This document shows positions 30,695 through 40,753 of a stretch of DNA of 50,814 bases, piece by piece (the first letter of the stretch is position 1; each line of letters opens with the position of its first letter). The DNA lies in the IMG/VR virus record IMGVR_UViG_3300032103_000336, positions 1 to 50,814 of that record. The stretch is one strand, 5' to 3'. The translations under genes were made by a program, and so were the position numbers. This DNA is from a virus. Lineage: Duplodnaviria > Caudoviricetes. The notes under the pieces are model-generated. The model worked only from the letters and a program-made list of their open reading frames with translations. It did not search any database and was not told where the DNA came from.

Positions 30695-31417
30695 TTATCT
30701 CACTTCTGTTTTGGTTAGTTTCAAAATATTAAGTCGCCCGTGACTTCCACCGACAACACCGCCGTTAGCTTTCTTTTCCGCATCATCTCCGTCATTATCT
30801 TCTTTCTTTCCTTTTAAAGAAGATTTAGCGGCGCTATACCCTGCTTTGACAGCCTTTACACCAGCTTTAGCGGCTTTGTAATACTTTCCGCCAACAGTCT
30901 TAGCAACACCCTTAACGGCACCTTTAACAAGCTTTCCTAAAAGGTGATGCTCTCTCTCATCGTCAATACCGTGCTTTTCAGCAATCTTTTGAACATGATT
31001 AGAGGTTAAACCGCCTTTCTTTTTTGCTTCTTCTTTCATTTCTGCCAAAGCTTTTTTGTGCTTAGGCGTGTCCATTCCGTGGGTTTTTAAATCAGCGTCA
31101 CCGCCCTTTTTATACATAGCGGGTTTTTGTTGTATAGGTTGAGGAACGGGGGGCACATATTCACCATATCTTGGGGGATTTTGCGGTGCGGTACCAAGAG
31201 GGCCACCAAAAGCACGACATAAACGACCACGGGAAGATTTTTCCATAATAGAGCTAGGGTTACCTAAAATTCCTAATTTCCCATTTGCTCTACCGCCTTT
31301 CTTTTTTTGTTCTGCGTTATCTTCCGTTTCTTTGCTCTTTGAGCGCCCCAAAGGGTTTTTATTAAACATTTTTTTTTCTCCTATTAATGCTAGAGGGTTT
31401 GTTGCTGTTGTAATCAT
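30695..31417 (-). CDS. K/G-rich protein with repeated xxGG motifs (candidate internal head protein)
   Basis: KKKGG, RAFGG, YKKGG, KKKGG, KANGG. The true start may be the internal MFNKNP codon. Confidence 0.65.
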   Translation of the reverse strand: MITTATNPLALIGEKKMFNKNPLGRSKSKETEDNAEQKKKGGRANGKLGILGNPSSIMEKSSRGRLCRAFGGPLGTAPQNPPRYGEYVPPVPQPIQQKPAMYKKGGDADLKTHGMDTPKHKKALAEMKEEAKKKGGLTSNHVQKIAEKHGIDDEREHHLLGKLVKGAVKGVAKTVGGKYYKAAKAGVKAVKAGYSAAKSSLKGKKEDNDGDDAEKKANGGVVGGSHGRLNILKLTKTEVR

Positions 31418-32640
31418 TGTCCGTAAAGATTTTGGGCGTACCCAAACATAAACTCGTCAATTGTTCTTTTATTAATGGCGTTTGGTTCCCCAATAATTCC
31501 TGTGCTTGTTAATGCTTTACTTTCTGGATCTTTTGTTAAAAAATATTTCTTTTTTTGACTGTTCATAGTTGCTGAGAACAAATCAAATCCTGGGCAAATA
31601 TAGTCAGCACGGAAAGGTATATTGGCCGCTTTTCTAACATAAGCTGTATAATTATTGTAATTTTCCGTAATGACATTGGCACCGGCTAAACTAGCACCTC
31701 CGCCGATATTGCCAATTAAAGCAATCGCCCCATTAGAATAAGTAGGGGCAAACCCACCTATTAAAATTAAGTCTGTTGCATTTTTAGAAATTAAACCAAA
31801 AAGCCCTCTTACATCACTTGTTGTGGATGTTGAAACTTCAGAAGAACCCGCAAACGCACAAACGCCTATAGAATAAATGAAAGAGTTTAAATTTCCAGAA
31901 TCAACAGATAAAAGCTGATTGTCAGGAACAAAATAAGGAAGCCCTAACAAGTTACCAGATCTTACCCAAATAACAGTAGTTGTTGCTAAATTCCCTGTTG
32001 TCTTTAAAGAAACAGATTCAACTGTAAAAAATGCTTTTCTAGAAGAGCAAAAGCCGTCTGCCGTGAATATTTTTGTTTTATTGGTCGCAGTAACCGCCTC
32101 TAAAGAAACATTGGCTGCATTATTCACACACCCACCAGAAGGGTAATCTAAGGGAGCACCTGCGGCCCATGCTCTTGTCAACCCTGTAATTGCAGTTAAA
32201 GTAATTTCTTCTGAAAGAGCCTCTCCGTAAATATCTCTCCCAATAATTGTAACAACTCCTGCAGCTAAAGAATTAATAGTATTAACACCCGATTGAGAAG
32301 GAGTAACGGCAATAATTTCTACAGTTCTGGGGTAATCCATTTGAAATACCTCTTTATTGTCGGACATATTACCGTTTAAGCCTTCTGCAATATTATTAAT
32401 TTTAAACGGTACAATAGTATTTGCGCCTATTGGATCCGACGCTTGATATCTAATAAAATTAACAGAAGAAGCGATACGGCCATTATAATTAACGAGAGGC
32501 GCCAAAGGTAACCCTGTCCCCGATAAATTCATAATGGCTTGTGCTCTTTCCCCTATTTCTCTGGTGGGCCCTATTCTCAGACCATCGGAAATTTGGGTAC
32601 CGAAATACGGTATAGAATTTATATAATCAATACTTGACAT
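31414..32640 (-). CDS. Putative virion structural protein
   Basis: SDGLRIGP, DYPRTV, V.I.GRD.YG..LSE, GLPY and DVRG motifs; beta-rich. Confidence 0.65.
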   Translation of the reverse strand: MSSIDYINSIPYFGTQISDGLRIGPTREIGERAQAIMNLSGTGLPLAPLVNYNGRIASSVNFIRYQASDPIGANTIVPFKINNIAEGLNGNMSDNKEVFQMDYPRTVEIIAVTPSQSGVNTINSLAAGVVTIIGRDIYGEALSEEITLTAITGLTRAWAAGAPLDYPSGGCVNNAANVSLEAVTATNKTKIFTADGFCSSRKAFFTVESVSLKTTGNLATTTVIWVRSGNLLGLPYFVPDNQLLSVDSGNLNSFIYSIGVCAFAGSSEVSTSTTSDVRGLFGLISKNATDLILIGGFAPTYSNGAIALIGNIGGGASLAGANVITENYNNYTAYVRKAANIPFRADYICPGFDLFSATMNSQKKKYFLTKDPESKALTSTGIIGEPNAINKRTIDEFMFGYAQNLYGQ

Positions 32641-32695
32641 TTTTTTTTACTCCAATGAATCAAGATAAGTTCTTAAAAAATATGTGAAAGCCATT

Positions 32696-34321
32696 TCAAA
32701 TCACCCAACTTAAGACACGAGCGGCCCCGGCGACAGCGCATTGAAGAGTGTGAGTCCCGTTTGAAGAGGGGGATTCTAAAACTGCCCAAGTTGTTCCATT
32801 CCAATACATAATATCCGCTTGTGCTGGCGTTCCAGCGGCTGGGGCAAGTGCATCGAAAGCAGCTGCCTTTGTTGTCTGCCCAGTACCGCCTCGGTTTATA
32901 GGCACAGTAGCCCCTACCAATGTATCGACATAATCCTTAGGCGTTGCGTCAGTTCCCGTTGAAGGTGTTCCTAAATTTGTTATTTTATTGCCGTTTGCAT
33001 TAATATCACCAGTAGCGGCTTGCCCGCTCCACAAAGCAGCTACAGAGGCCTTAGTAGACATTTCGTAACCATTTGCCGTTCCGTTAACAGTTAAAAGATT
33101 TCCTGCAGTTAAAGAAGCGTTTGTTAAACCCGTCCCTCCTTCATCAGAAGAAATGTTTGAAACAGTGCTAATAGTAGAAACGGAACCAGAAACAGTTGAT
33201 TTTACAAAACCTGAAGTCCCCGCCCCTAAATTAGTAGCCCCGCCTAAAGAATCAGAGTTTGTTGTTGTTATAACGGGGAATGCATCAATTGCGGTTTCTA
33301 ATGCGTCGATTGAGCTTTGAACCACGCCTATTTGTGTTTCAACAGTGCTGATTTCACTATCTACATATAATTTTGTTGAAGCATCCGTATTGTTGGTAGG
33401 TTCCGCAAGATTTATTATTTTATTACTATTTAAATTTACATCTTGAGTCGCATTTGAATCGCTCCATCTAGAAGAGATAGAGGCTTTTGTGACAAATTCA
33501 TAAGCAGTGGCCCCCGAATTTACAGCTAATACCTTAGACCCTTCACCTGTTAAAGAAGAAATTCCCGTACCACCATCAGAAACTCCTATTGAGGCTTGAC
33601 TTGATAAAGTGGCAGTTCCTGCAGAATTTGTTGTTTTTAAAAATCCAGAATTTAAAGCCCCAATATTTTGAGAGTTTGCCATTGTTTCAGCGGGAGCAGT
33701 TTTTAATAAAGCAGGAAGAGAATTAACGTAAGTTCTTTCTTCAGCTGCTTTTGTGTCTGTATAGGTGGCTGAGTCAGCAATAGCTTCTGTTTTAGCCGCC
33801 TCAACTTCAGTATCCGTGTAGTTATTAGAACTTGTTATTGCTGCAGATTGAGCGGATGATGCCGCACTATCTGCGTAAGATTCTAATTGAGTAATAATAG
33901 ATTCTAGTGATGTATCAACATAAGCTTTGTTGGCGCCGTCAGTATTTTCTGTTGGGGCCAGCAAATTAATTATTTTTTTTCCATCAGCATTAATGTTAGC
34001 AACGGCAACATAATTTGCCCAGTTTGCAGCAGAACCAGCACCACCAGGAGGGGCCCAAGCTAGCGTAACATTACCCCCGTTGCTTAGAACACTTAAAACA
34101 TCGCCAACGTTACCAGCAGATATTTTTTGAATGGTCAATTTACCAGAAACTGTTTTACAAGAGACTAAATCATTTTCCGCTAAAGAAAGGGCAAATGTTT
34201 CTTTGTCCTTAAAAACCATAATTTCATTATCAGAAAAAGTCGTCCTTAAAGCAGGTTTTAGCTCACCCACAAAAGCCTGTCCCGTTTGTCCGTTTACAAG
34301 AGAAAATAATGTATTCGCCAT
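32696..34321 (-). CDS. Trimeric fibre/adhesin-like protein
   Basis: Three copies of W...A..(I/V)N....KI.NL..P...TD(A/G)..K.YVD and three GGTG repeats. Confidence 0.75.
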   Translation of the reverse strand: MANTLFSLVNGQTGQAFVGELKPALRTTFSDNEIMVFKDKETFALSLAENDLVSCKTVSGKLTIQKISAGNVGDVLSVLSNGGNVTLAWAPPGGAGSAANWANYVAVANINADGKKIINLLAPTENTDGANKAYVDTSLESIITQLESYADSAASSAQSAAITSSNNYTDTEVEAAKTEAIADSATYTDTKAAEERTYVNSLPALLKTAPAETMANSQNIGALNSGFLKTTNSAGTATLSSQASIGVSDGGTGISSLTGEGSKVLAVNSGATAYEFVTKASISSRWSDSNATQDVNLNSNKIINLAEPTNNTDASTKLYVDSEISTVETQIGVVQSSIDALETAIDAFPVITTTNSDSLGGATNLGAGTSGFVKSTVSGSVSTISTVSNISSDEGGTGLTNASLTAGNLLTVNGTANGYEMSTKASVAALWSGQAATGDINANGNKITNLGTPSTGTDATPKDYVDTLVGATVPINRGGTGQTTKAAAFDALAPAAGTPAQADIMYWNGTTWAVLESPSSNGTHTLQCAVAGAARVLSWVI

Positions 34322-34336
34322 AAAAAAGCTTATTAA

Positions 34337-34502
34337 AATTTCGATTAACTATTAGTTTACAATAAAAATCGAAATTCTAATCGGTCGGAATTCCGACCAC
34401 CTAAAAGCTAATGTACATTTTTTTATTTTTTTGTACGTTAAATTTATCTAACGTACATTTTTGTATGTTATTTTTTTAACTGTTGCGTTTTTTGCAATAG
34501 TT
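34337..34502. promoter_or_regulatory. Array of five consecutive inverted repeats in an intergenic region
   Basis: AATTTCGATT-20-AATCGAAATT; GGTCGGAATTCCGACC; TAATGTACA-14-TGTACGTTA; TAACGTACA-4-TGTATGTTA; AACTGTTGC-7-GCAATAGTT. Confidence 0.65.
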
Positions 34503-34763
34503 CGTTTTTAAAAATTATTCTCCGTGTTTTTTGATAAGATCTTTTAGGAAAAAAATAAAACTACGTATAGTGAAAAGTAAAACAACTAAACAAAAAATAC
34601 CCATTAAAAAATCCATTTTTTAACTTTCTCCCTTATAAATACAAAAAACTCTTTTGCGTAAAACCAAGGGTAAAATAAACAAGAGACTATACCCTGTATA
34701 AAACACACAAATAAAAAAAATAAAATAGGAGAAAGAAAAAGTAGCGTTAAAAATAATGTCATT

Positions 34764-35009
34764 TTACTCCAAAGTACCCTCTAAAAGATCATCCCATTCA
34801 GATTGAGAAATTTTTAAAATGCAAAATATATTAAACAAATTAACAAAAGTAATTGCTTTGAATTTTGATTGTTCTAACTCAATTAAAGACGTTTTACTTA
34901 GACCAGCTGCTTTGCTTAAATCGCTAAGACTTAAACAAGCGGCTTCTCTTTTCGACCTAATAAAATCAGAAACTAAAATATTAAATTTCTTCTTATCTTT
35001 AATAATCAT
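34764..35009 (-). CDS. XRE/Cro-family HTH regulator
   Basis: IRSKREAACLSLSDLSKAAGLSKTSLIELEQ. Confidence 0.85.
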   Translation of the reverse strand: MIIKDKKKFNILVSDFIRSKREAACLSLSDLSKAAGLSKTSLIELEQSKFKAITFVNLFNIFCILKISQSEWDDLLEGTLE

Positions 35010-35444
35010 TTAATACGTGTAAGTTGGCACACCCCTACTTTGCATTGGATCACCTGCTTGTTGCAAACGAGCATCTAACCGTTCTATCCTCTCTTTTCTA
35101 AATTGCTCGCATTCGTTCTTAGGTTTTTTAAAAAGAAGGTGACCAAAAAACTTAATCTTGTCCAGTTCGTCTTTCGGAGATTCTTTACCCTTGCCCATAA
35201 ACGTAGGCATTAGTTCTTTGTTAAAAGCTTTTGGAAATTGAGTAAATGTTGCGACTGAAAATCCATTCTGCATTAATGAGTAAGCAAGCAAAGCATCGTC
35301 TTGAGAATCTTCATTGTAAGGAATCCAACAAAATTCAAATTCAGGATATTGATTTTTTACCTCTGTTAGATCAAATTGTGTTTTTCTTGGTTCAACTTTT
35401 GGATATTTTTCTCTATCTAAATTAGAAAATGGCGTAATTTGCAT
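35010..35444 (-). CDS. Conserved head-cluster hypothetical protein
   Basis: P.FEFCWI...G.LL.KKP pattern; follows the scaffold-like gene. Confidence 0.6.
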   Translation of the reverse strand: MQITPFSNLDREKYPKVEPRKTQFDLTEVKNQYPEFEFCWIPYNEDSQDDALLAYSLMQNGFSVATFTQFPKAFNKELMPTFMGKGKESPKDELDKIKFFGHLLFKKPKNECEQFRKERIERLDARLQQAGDPMQSRGVPTYTY

Positions 35445-35455
35445 ATTATTTTCTC

Positions 35456-36304
35456 CTAAAAACGTTTCTTAGCTGATACGGGTATTCCGTAATCTTTTGG
35501 CACCTGTAAACTCAAATGATTGCTATCACCTTGAGTATATTTTTTTGCTATTGAATGATATTGATTTAAAGAGCTTAATTTTTCCCTTTCGTTTATTACT
35601 TTTTTTCCTTGACCGTCGTAAACTTCCATTTTTCTCCACAAATTTATTCTATCTGGCGGAATAGTTGTTTTTTGATTCTCTAAATAGGAATCAATACTTT
35701 TAGACAAAGAAAAAGTGTTTTTTTCAGTTTTCTCTCGGTTTTCTCTTGAAGGAGAAACTGAATCTTTGGAAGAAGCAACTACGTAATCTTCTATCTGTTT
35801 TGAAATATGATTAAAATATTCACGAGATCCTATTTGATCTCCTTGCCCCGCTTCTTTTAAATAAGTGTTTAATTCTTGAACATAATTTTCTGTTAATTCT
35901 GTTAATTCAGGGCTGTATCTTTCGTCTTTTTTATTAAGCCAAGGGTTTTGTGTAACAAACTCTTCAACATTTTCATTATAAGGATCTTCAGCTTGTATAT
36001 TTTCAGTGTTTTCTTCTTTATGTTCTTGATCATCCTGAGAGGAATTAAGACGCCTTACCCAATCATTTTTTAAATCGTTTAAAGACATCAATTCTCTTGT
36101 TAATTCAATGTCTTTTTTAGAATCTCCCAGACGCTTGGCCGCTTCTAACTCTTTTATCAAACCTTCTTCAACGCTATTAACCAATTCTAAATTAGGTTCG
36201 TCTTTTTCTAATAAAGTGCTAAGAGCCGCTGTTTTATAATGATTGTTAACAGTATCTTCTGCGGGTTGATTATCCCCCTCTTGTTGTTCTATTGTTTCTT
36301 CCAT
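35456..36304 (-). CDS. Putative scaffolding protein
   Basis: Acidic and helical, NPWL motif, GS.EYF..I; follows the portal gene. Confidence 0.6.
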   Translation of the reverse strand: MEETIEQQEGDNQPAEDTVNNHYKTAALSTLLEKDEPNLELVNSVEEGLIKELEAAKRLGDSKKDIELTRELMSLNDLKNDWVRRLNSSQDDQEHKEENTENIQAEDPYNENVEEFVTQNPWLNKKDERYSPELTELTENYVQELNTYLKEAGQGDQIGSREYFNHISKQIEDYVVASSKDSVSPSRENREKTEKNTFSLSKSIDSYLENQKTTIPPDRINLWRKMEVYDGQGKKVINEREKLSSLNQYHSIAKKYTQGDSNHLSLQVPKDYGIPVSAKKRF

Positions 36305-36307
36305 TGT

Positions 36308-38728
36308 CTATTGTTCTCCTGTTTCTTCTAAATTATTGGAAGAATGTAACTCTTCCTCGCTATTAAATGGATCGGAAACGGGGGCTTGCTCTACCATTTC
36401 TCCCGCAACTTTTTGACTTTCTTTAATCTTTAAAAACTCTATTTCATTTTTTTCTTGATCGATTTTATTTTTTTCTAAAGCAATACTAAGCTTATCTTGA
36501 GATTCTTTTAATCTTAATTTAAGGTCATTTTCTTCCACAAAAGCTTTTGTTTTTAATTCAAATTCTCGTTCCCGATGTTTTAATTCTTTTTCTTTTGCAT
36601 CGAGATTAAGTTTTTGTTCTTTTAATGTTAATTCGGAATTTTTGAAATGAGCCTCATGTTCAACATATTTTTGCATTAATTTTACTTCTTGGGCTTTTAA
36701 TTGAAGTTCAGAAATAGGAGGCAATTCCTCTTCTTCTTTTTTTCTTTTTCCTTCTTTTTCTATTTTTTTAGCTAATTTTTCTGTTAGCTTATTTTGATCT
36801 TCTGGCTCTAGTTTAGAAGGATCGTCTGGCAAATCTAACTCATATTTTTTCCTCATCTCTTCTAAATATTCATAAGCTAAATGAGATTGAATATGAGCCT
36901 GTAGAGCTGCCGATTGCTCTTCCGTTATACTTTTATTGCTTCCCAAACTCTCGTGAACCACAACATGCGCTTTATGATCTTGAAAAGGATAAACCTCTAT
37001 AGGATCACTTTTTAAAATGCAATAATTTTCAGAAAGAGCGTCTCGTTCGGGAATCTTATCATCCGCAGGATCTCGCAAAATGCTTTCTAAAATATCGGCA
37101 CTGACACCGATTGTTGTGTAATAATATTTTAAAACATCGTGAATTTTATGTTCACCAGGCATTTCTTTTGCGTTATTTAAAATTAAATCAGCAATAAAAA
37201 ACCTTAGAGAGCTTACTTGAGAAACGGAATCGGAAGAAGGAAGTATTTTCAAAGAAGGGGAAAAATGAGCCTTTGTTAGCCTAATAACTTCGCCTTTTCT
37301 GGCAATTGTTTTTTTCTCCGAAACCTGATAAAAAAGATCATTATAAGCCTTTAAGTGACTTGTAAAACTTAAAGCTATTTTTTGAGCAATCGATAGAATA
37401 GAGCGTTCACTTTTTTCTAAAATTGACAAAATTTGAGGATTTCTGCTTTGATTTGGCAATTCTTGAAGCGCTTTTAAAGAACTTAAAAATACCCCGCTTA
37501 TTTGTCCTTCCAAGATATCTTTTGTGGTAAATAAACTTTGATCAGGCGGAGCTTTCTTTAACTCATAAATTCTTGTTTTTATATCCTCACCTGCGGACTT
37601 AACAGGCAAAAACTTACCGTCGACTAAATCAACCGTTGTATCTTCTGGCCTTAAGGTATTATCGATAAAACCACTTGATATATTTGCTTGAATGCTTGCC
37701 GATACAATTTGATTCAATAGTCTATTAGCGCCATCGGCGTTACTTACCCCAAATTGTACAAAACCATAGCCAGCCCCGTTAAAAGATGGTAAGCAACTAT
37801 ATCCAATAACCCTTTCTTTTTTTACTTCACTTCCATTAATCCAGTTTCTGCCGAAATAAATTATTTTAGGAGTAGAGCCGCTCAGTAATGAAACAACTTT
37901 ATAATCTTTCAATTCGTTATTGCTAAAAGGATCTTCTTTTTCTAAATTTATTTTTAAATAAGTTGTATAAATTTTTATCCCTTGGCGTAAAAAACCCTCT
38001 TCTTTTTTTTCTTTTATATCCTCTTTAGAAAAACCAGATATATTATTTAAAATTTCTTCTATTTCATTTTCTTCAAATAAATAAGGGTTTAAAGAAGAAT
38101 CATCCAATTCTATTTTATCAAGATTTAGAAAGGTACCATCTTCACAAAGCTGTTTAAACTCAAAAAATCCTAGAGAATCTTCTACCGTCAAAATAGAGGC
38201 GTTCTCTGCCTGGTAATAAGAATCAGAAACCCAAATCTTTTGAGGTTGAATTATTTGCGTGTAAGGAAGGTTTTTTAAAGGATCTAAACAAACTCTAACA
38301 TAACTTACGCCACATAAAGCAGACCATAAAAAAGCGTTCTCCATTTTTTGGAAAAACAAAGGCTCTACTTCTTCAAAATGGTAATCAAAAATCTTTTTCT
38401 TTTCTTGAGCGATCTTTTCCGCTTCTTCTGTTATTTCATCATAAATAGACACATCGTAATGTTGAACAATTTGAGAAAAATAACTAGAGGCGGTAATAAG
38501 TGTTGAAAAAGCAGCTTGCGAATATACCTTTTCCTCCCTTTCTTTATCTTCTGTTAATCCTAAAATTGAAAGACTTTTAGCGATTCTTTCTTTTAAATCC
38601 TCAGAGCTCTTTTTGTCTTCTTTAAAATGCTGACTTAAAATATCTTCTATTTTAGTTAAAGATTCTTTAGAAATTGATTTTAGCAAAGAACTATTAAATT
38701 TTTTTAATTCTGGCTTTATAAGTTTCAT
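36308..38728 (-). CDS. Portal protein (P22-like, long coiled-coil C-terminus)
   Basis: 806 aa; LPSF..GYGF, LLNQ.V.A...AN...GF, EN......PI.VYP.QDH.AH..VH. Confidence 0.8.
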   Translation of the reverse strand: MKLIKPELKKFNSSLLKSISKESLTKIEDILSQHFKEDKKSSEDLKERIAKSLSILGLTEDKEREEKVYSQAAFSTLITASSYFSQIVQHYDVSIYDEITEEAEKIAQEKKKIFDYHFEEVEPLFFQKMENAFLWSALCGVSYVRVCLDPLKNLPYTQIIQPQKIWVSDSYYQAENASILTVEDSLGFFEFKQLCEDGTFLNLDKIELDDSSLNPYLFEENEIEEILNNISGFSKEDIKEKKEEGFLRQGIKIYTTYLKINLEKEDPFSNNELKDYKVVSLLSGSTPKIIYFGRNWINGSEVKKERVIGYSCLPSFNGAGYGFVQFGVSNADGANRLLNQIVSASIQANISSGFIDNTLRPEDTTVDLVDGKFLPVKSAGEDIKTRIYELKKAPPDQSLFTTKDILEGQISGVFLSSLKALQELPNQSRNPQILSILEKSERSILSIAQKIALSFTSHLKAYNDLFYQVSEKKTIARKGEVIRLTKAHFSPSLKILPSSDSVSQVSSLRFFIADLILNNAKEMPGEHKIHDVLKYYYTTIGVSADILESILRDPADDKIPERDALSENYCILKSDPIEVYPFQDHKAHVVVHESLGSNKSITEEQSAALQAHIQSHLAYEYLEEMRKKYELDLPDDPSKLEPEDQNKLTEKLAKKIEKEGKRKKEEEELPPISELQLKAQEVKLMQKYVEHEAHFKNSELTLKEQKLNLDAKEKELKHREREFELKTKAFVEENDLKLRLKESQDKLSIALEKNKIDQEKNEIEFLKIKESQKVAGEMVEQAPVSDPFNSEEELHSSNNLEETGEQ

Positions 38729-39111
38729 TTTTTTATTTTTTCACTTTTTTCTAAAATTAACTCTATGTTTTCTTCACGGCTCAACAAGTCCGCTTTAAAC
38801 TGAGATGCCTCTAATAAACTTTTAAACATTGCTATATCCAAAGTATTATTAGAAACACAAATCATTAATTCAGACAAAAATTGACTAATATCAGAAAATG
38901 TTTCTGGCGGCTTAACATCCAAGGATTTCTTTGGTTTTAACTGCGCAAAATAGCGCTTAGCACGTTTATCACCATTTAAAGCATCTTGGTAATAAGAACG
39001 GATAACTTCCCCCAGCTCTTCTTCTTTTATCACGTCTGTAATGCAGTTTCCTGAGCTTGTAAAATATTTCAATGCTTTTTGTTTAACTCTTGAGCTTTCT
39101 TTTCTTTTCAA
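38725..39111 (-). CDS. Putative terminase small subunit-like protein
   Basis: ALNGD.RA.RY and PPET..DI......V....LD...K.L pattern; overlaps the portal start. Function is inferred. Confidence 0.5.
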   Translation of the reverse strand: MKRKESSRVKQKALKYFTSSGNCITDVIKEEELGEVIRSYYQDALNGDKRAKRYFAQLKPKKSLDVKPPETFSDISQFLSELMICVSNNTLDIAMFKSLLEASQFKADLLSREENIELILEKSEKIKK

Positions 39112-39120
39112 TCTCTAACC

Positions 39121-39555
39121 TCATATTTTTTCTGAACACAATAAAACTGCTATAGCATCAGCCTCATCGTTGTTAAGGAAAGAAAATCCCTTTTCTTTTA
39201 AAGAACGCATAACCTCTTCTTTAGAGGCGTTTCCTTTTCCAGTAATAAATTTTTTTATTGTCCCAACAGGGATACCGCGATATGGAATAGAATACTCTTC
39301 ACACCAACTCATTAATGTAGCAGCGAAACTACCATAAGCATGAGCAGCAAATACACCTTTGTGGCCGTTCACTGACTCAAATACAACTTCTGTTAATAAT
39401 GGTCGCTTTCGATCAAGCCAACGGCGAAATTTAAGAAAACACATCCCAGAACCTTCATGCCGCTTTGCAGAAAAGTTCTCAAAACCGCTTTCTATTATTC
39501 CACTTGAATTTGTTGCCCATCCCGTTTTATTTCCTAAATCAAGAGCTAGCTTCAT
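39121..39555 (-). CDS. RuvC-like Holliday junction resolvase (phage type)
   Basis: LALDLGNKTGWA, VVFE, TIKKFITGKGNASKEEV, DEADAIA. Confidence 0.9.
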   Translation of the reverse strand: MKLALDLGNKTGWATNSSGIIESGFENFSAKRHEGSGMCFLKFRRWLDRKRPLLTEVVFESVNGHKGVFAAHAYGSFAATLMSWCEEYSIPYRGIPVGTIKKFITGKGNASKEEVMRSLKEKGFSFLNNDEADAIAVLLCSEKI

Positions 39556-39748
39556 CGCTTCCTAAACCAATTATTTTAGAGCAAATATCCTTTAAAGTTT
39601 TTGACTGGCTCTCCAAAACTTTTTTATGAGAATCAAGAACACAGTATATATCGGCTAAAATTTGATCGGATTGGGTTGGTTTTTTTTTCTCTTCAGCTTG
39701 ACGAATCTCGCTCACAATTTCTTCTTCTGTAATTAGGAATATTTTCAA
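39539..39748 (-). CDS. Hypothetical protein
   Basis: TTG start with an AAGGA RBS; overlaps the RuvC-like gene. Confidence 0.55.
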   Translation of the reverse strand: MKIFLITEEEIVSEIRQAEEKKKPTQSDQILADIYCVLDSHKKVLESQSKTLKDICSKIIGLGSDEASS

Positions 39749-39780
39749 CTGATTTAATCCTTCTAACGAATTAATATCTT

Positions 39781-39839
39781 ATTATACAACAAATTATTGT
39801 TATTTCCTAATTGCTCAAGCAATATTCTTCTGTTATAAA
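39781..39839. promoter_or_regulatory. Divergent sigma70-like promoters
   Basis: + strand TTGCTC-17-TATAAA at 39811-39839; - strand TATAAT at 39786-39781. Confidence 0.5.
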
Positions 39840-39878
39840 GAAAGTTCTTTTAAACAATTAAATATACGGATTATTAAA

Positions 39879-40388
39879 ATGTCTACTCTTACTCTCTTTG
39901 ATTTTAACAAAGCCTTTCAAACAATTAATCAAGCTTCTATTGTCGAAAAAAAATCTACACAAGGAGCAATTCAGAGAATTGATACTTTCTCCTTATCAAT
40001 TCCTCAATTAAAAGGAAAAGAAAAACTACCTTCGTTAAGAATGAATTTTAATATTAATTTCTTAAAAAATAATACTTCCTGGGGAATAAATTCTTTCTTC
40101 AGGGTTCTTAATCATCCTTCTTATCAAAGCATTATTATTCTAGAAATAACAAATTCTTCCGAAAATTCTCATAAGTCCAACATTGATTATAAAAAAACAC
40201 AAGAAAATGGACAATTAGCTAGAACTAATGAGCCCAGAAGCGTTTCTCTTAAAATTTATCAGACAAACTTAGGTAAAATTCTTACACCAGGACTTAAACC
40301 CGTTCATGCTATAGAAGGAAAACATTTTGCCATTAAAGACAAAACCTTTATTATGATTAAAATGCCTGAAGGCTCTTTAGCCCTTTAA
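39879..40388 (+). CDS. Hypothetical protein (moron)
   Basis: ORF behind a predicted promoter, opposite to the late operon. Confidence 0.6.
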   Translation: MSTLTLFDFNKAFQTINQASIVEKKSTQGAIQRIDTFSLSIPQLKGKEKLPSLRMNFNINFLKNNTSWGINSFFRVLNHPSYQSIIILEITNSSENSHKSNIDYKKTQENGQLARTNEPRSVSLKIYQTNLGKILTPGLKPVHAIEGKHFAIKDKTFIMIKMPEGSLAL

Positions 40389-40401
40389 CGGAGGTATAAA
40401 T

Positions 40402-40668
40402 ATGGATTGGACACAAACGTTAACGATTATTGTTTCACTTTCAACAATTATTGGTGGCTCTCTTACGTGGATGACGATTCAGCAAAACAGAATGGATGAT
40501 CGCCATCGGGAAGACATAAAAAATATTAGAAAAGACATGAAAAGCATGGATGAGAAGTGGAGTACCGCTATTCAGAAAATGGATGAGAAGTGGAGTACCG
40601 CTATTCAGAAAATGGATGAGAAGTGGGAACGCCTCTTTGAAAAGTTCTTTGAGCGTCAACAAAAATAA
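40402..40668 (+). CDS. Single-TM/coiled-coil protein, RHRED paralogue family
   Basis: GGAGG RBS; TM, RHREDIK, MDEKW repeats, WERLFEKF. Confidence 0.8.
   Translation: MDWTQTLTIIVSLSTIIGGSLTWMTIQQNRMDDRHREDIKNIRKDMKSMDEKWSTAIQKMDEKWSTAIQKMDEKWERLFEKFFERQQK
40546..40626 (+). repeat. Perfect 33-bp in-frame tandem repeat, about 2.5 copies (MDEKWSTAIQK)
   Basis: ATGGATGAGAAGTGGAGTACCGCTATTCAGAAA at 40546 and 40579, partial copy at 40612. Confidence 0.95.
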
Positions 40669-40697
40669 CGTACAAAAAAATAAAAAAATGTACGTTA
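40666..40697. repeat. 32-bp site TAACGTACA-14-TGTACGTTA, inverted copy of 34409-34440
   Basis: 31/32 match to the reverse complement of 34409-34440. Confidence 0.9.
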
Positions 40698-40753
40698 AAT
40701 AAATTTATGTAACACAGATGTACGTTAGAATCTTTTAACTAAAATCTGTGTTA

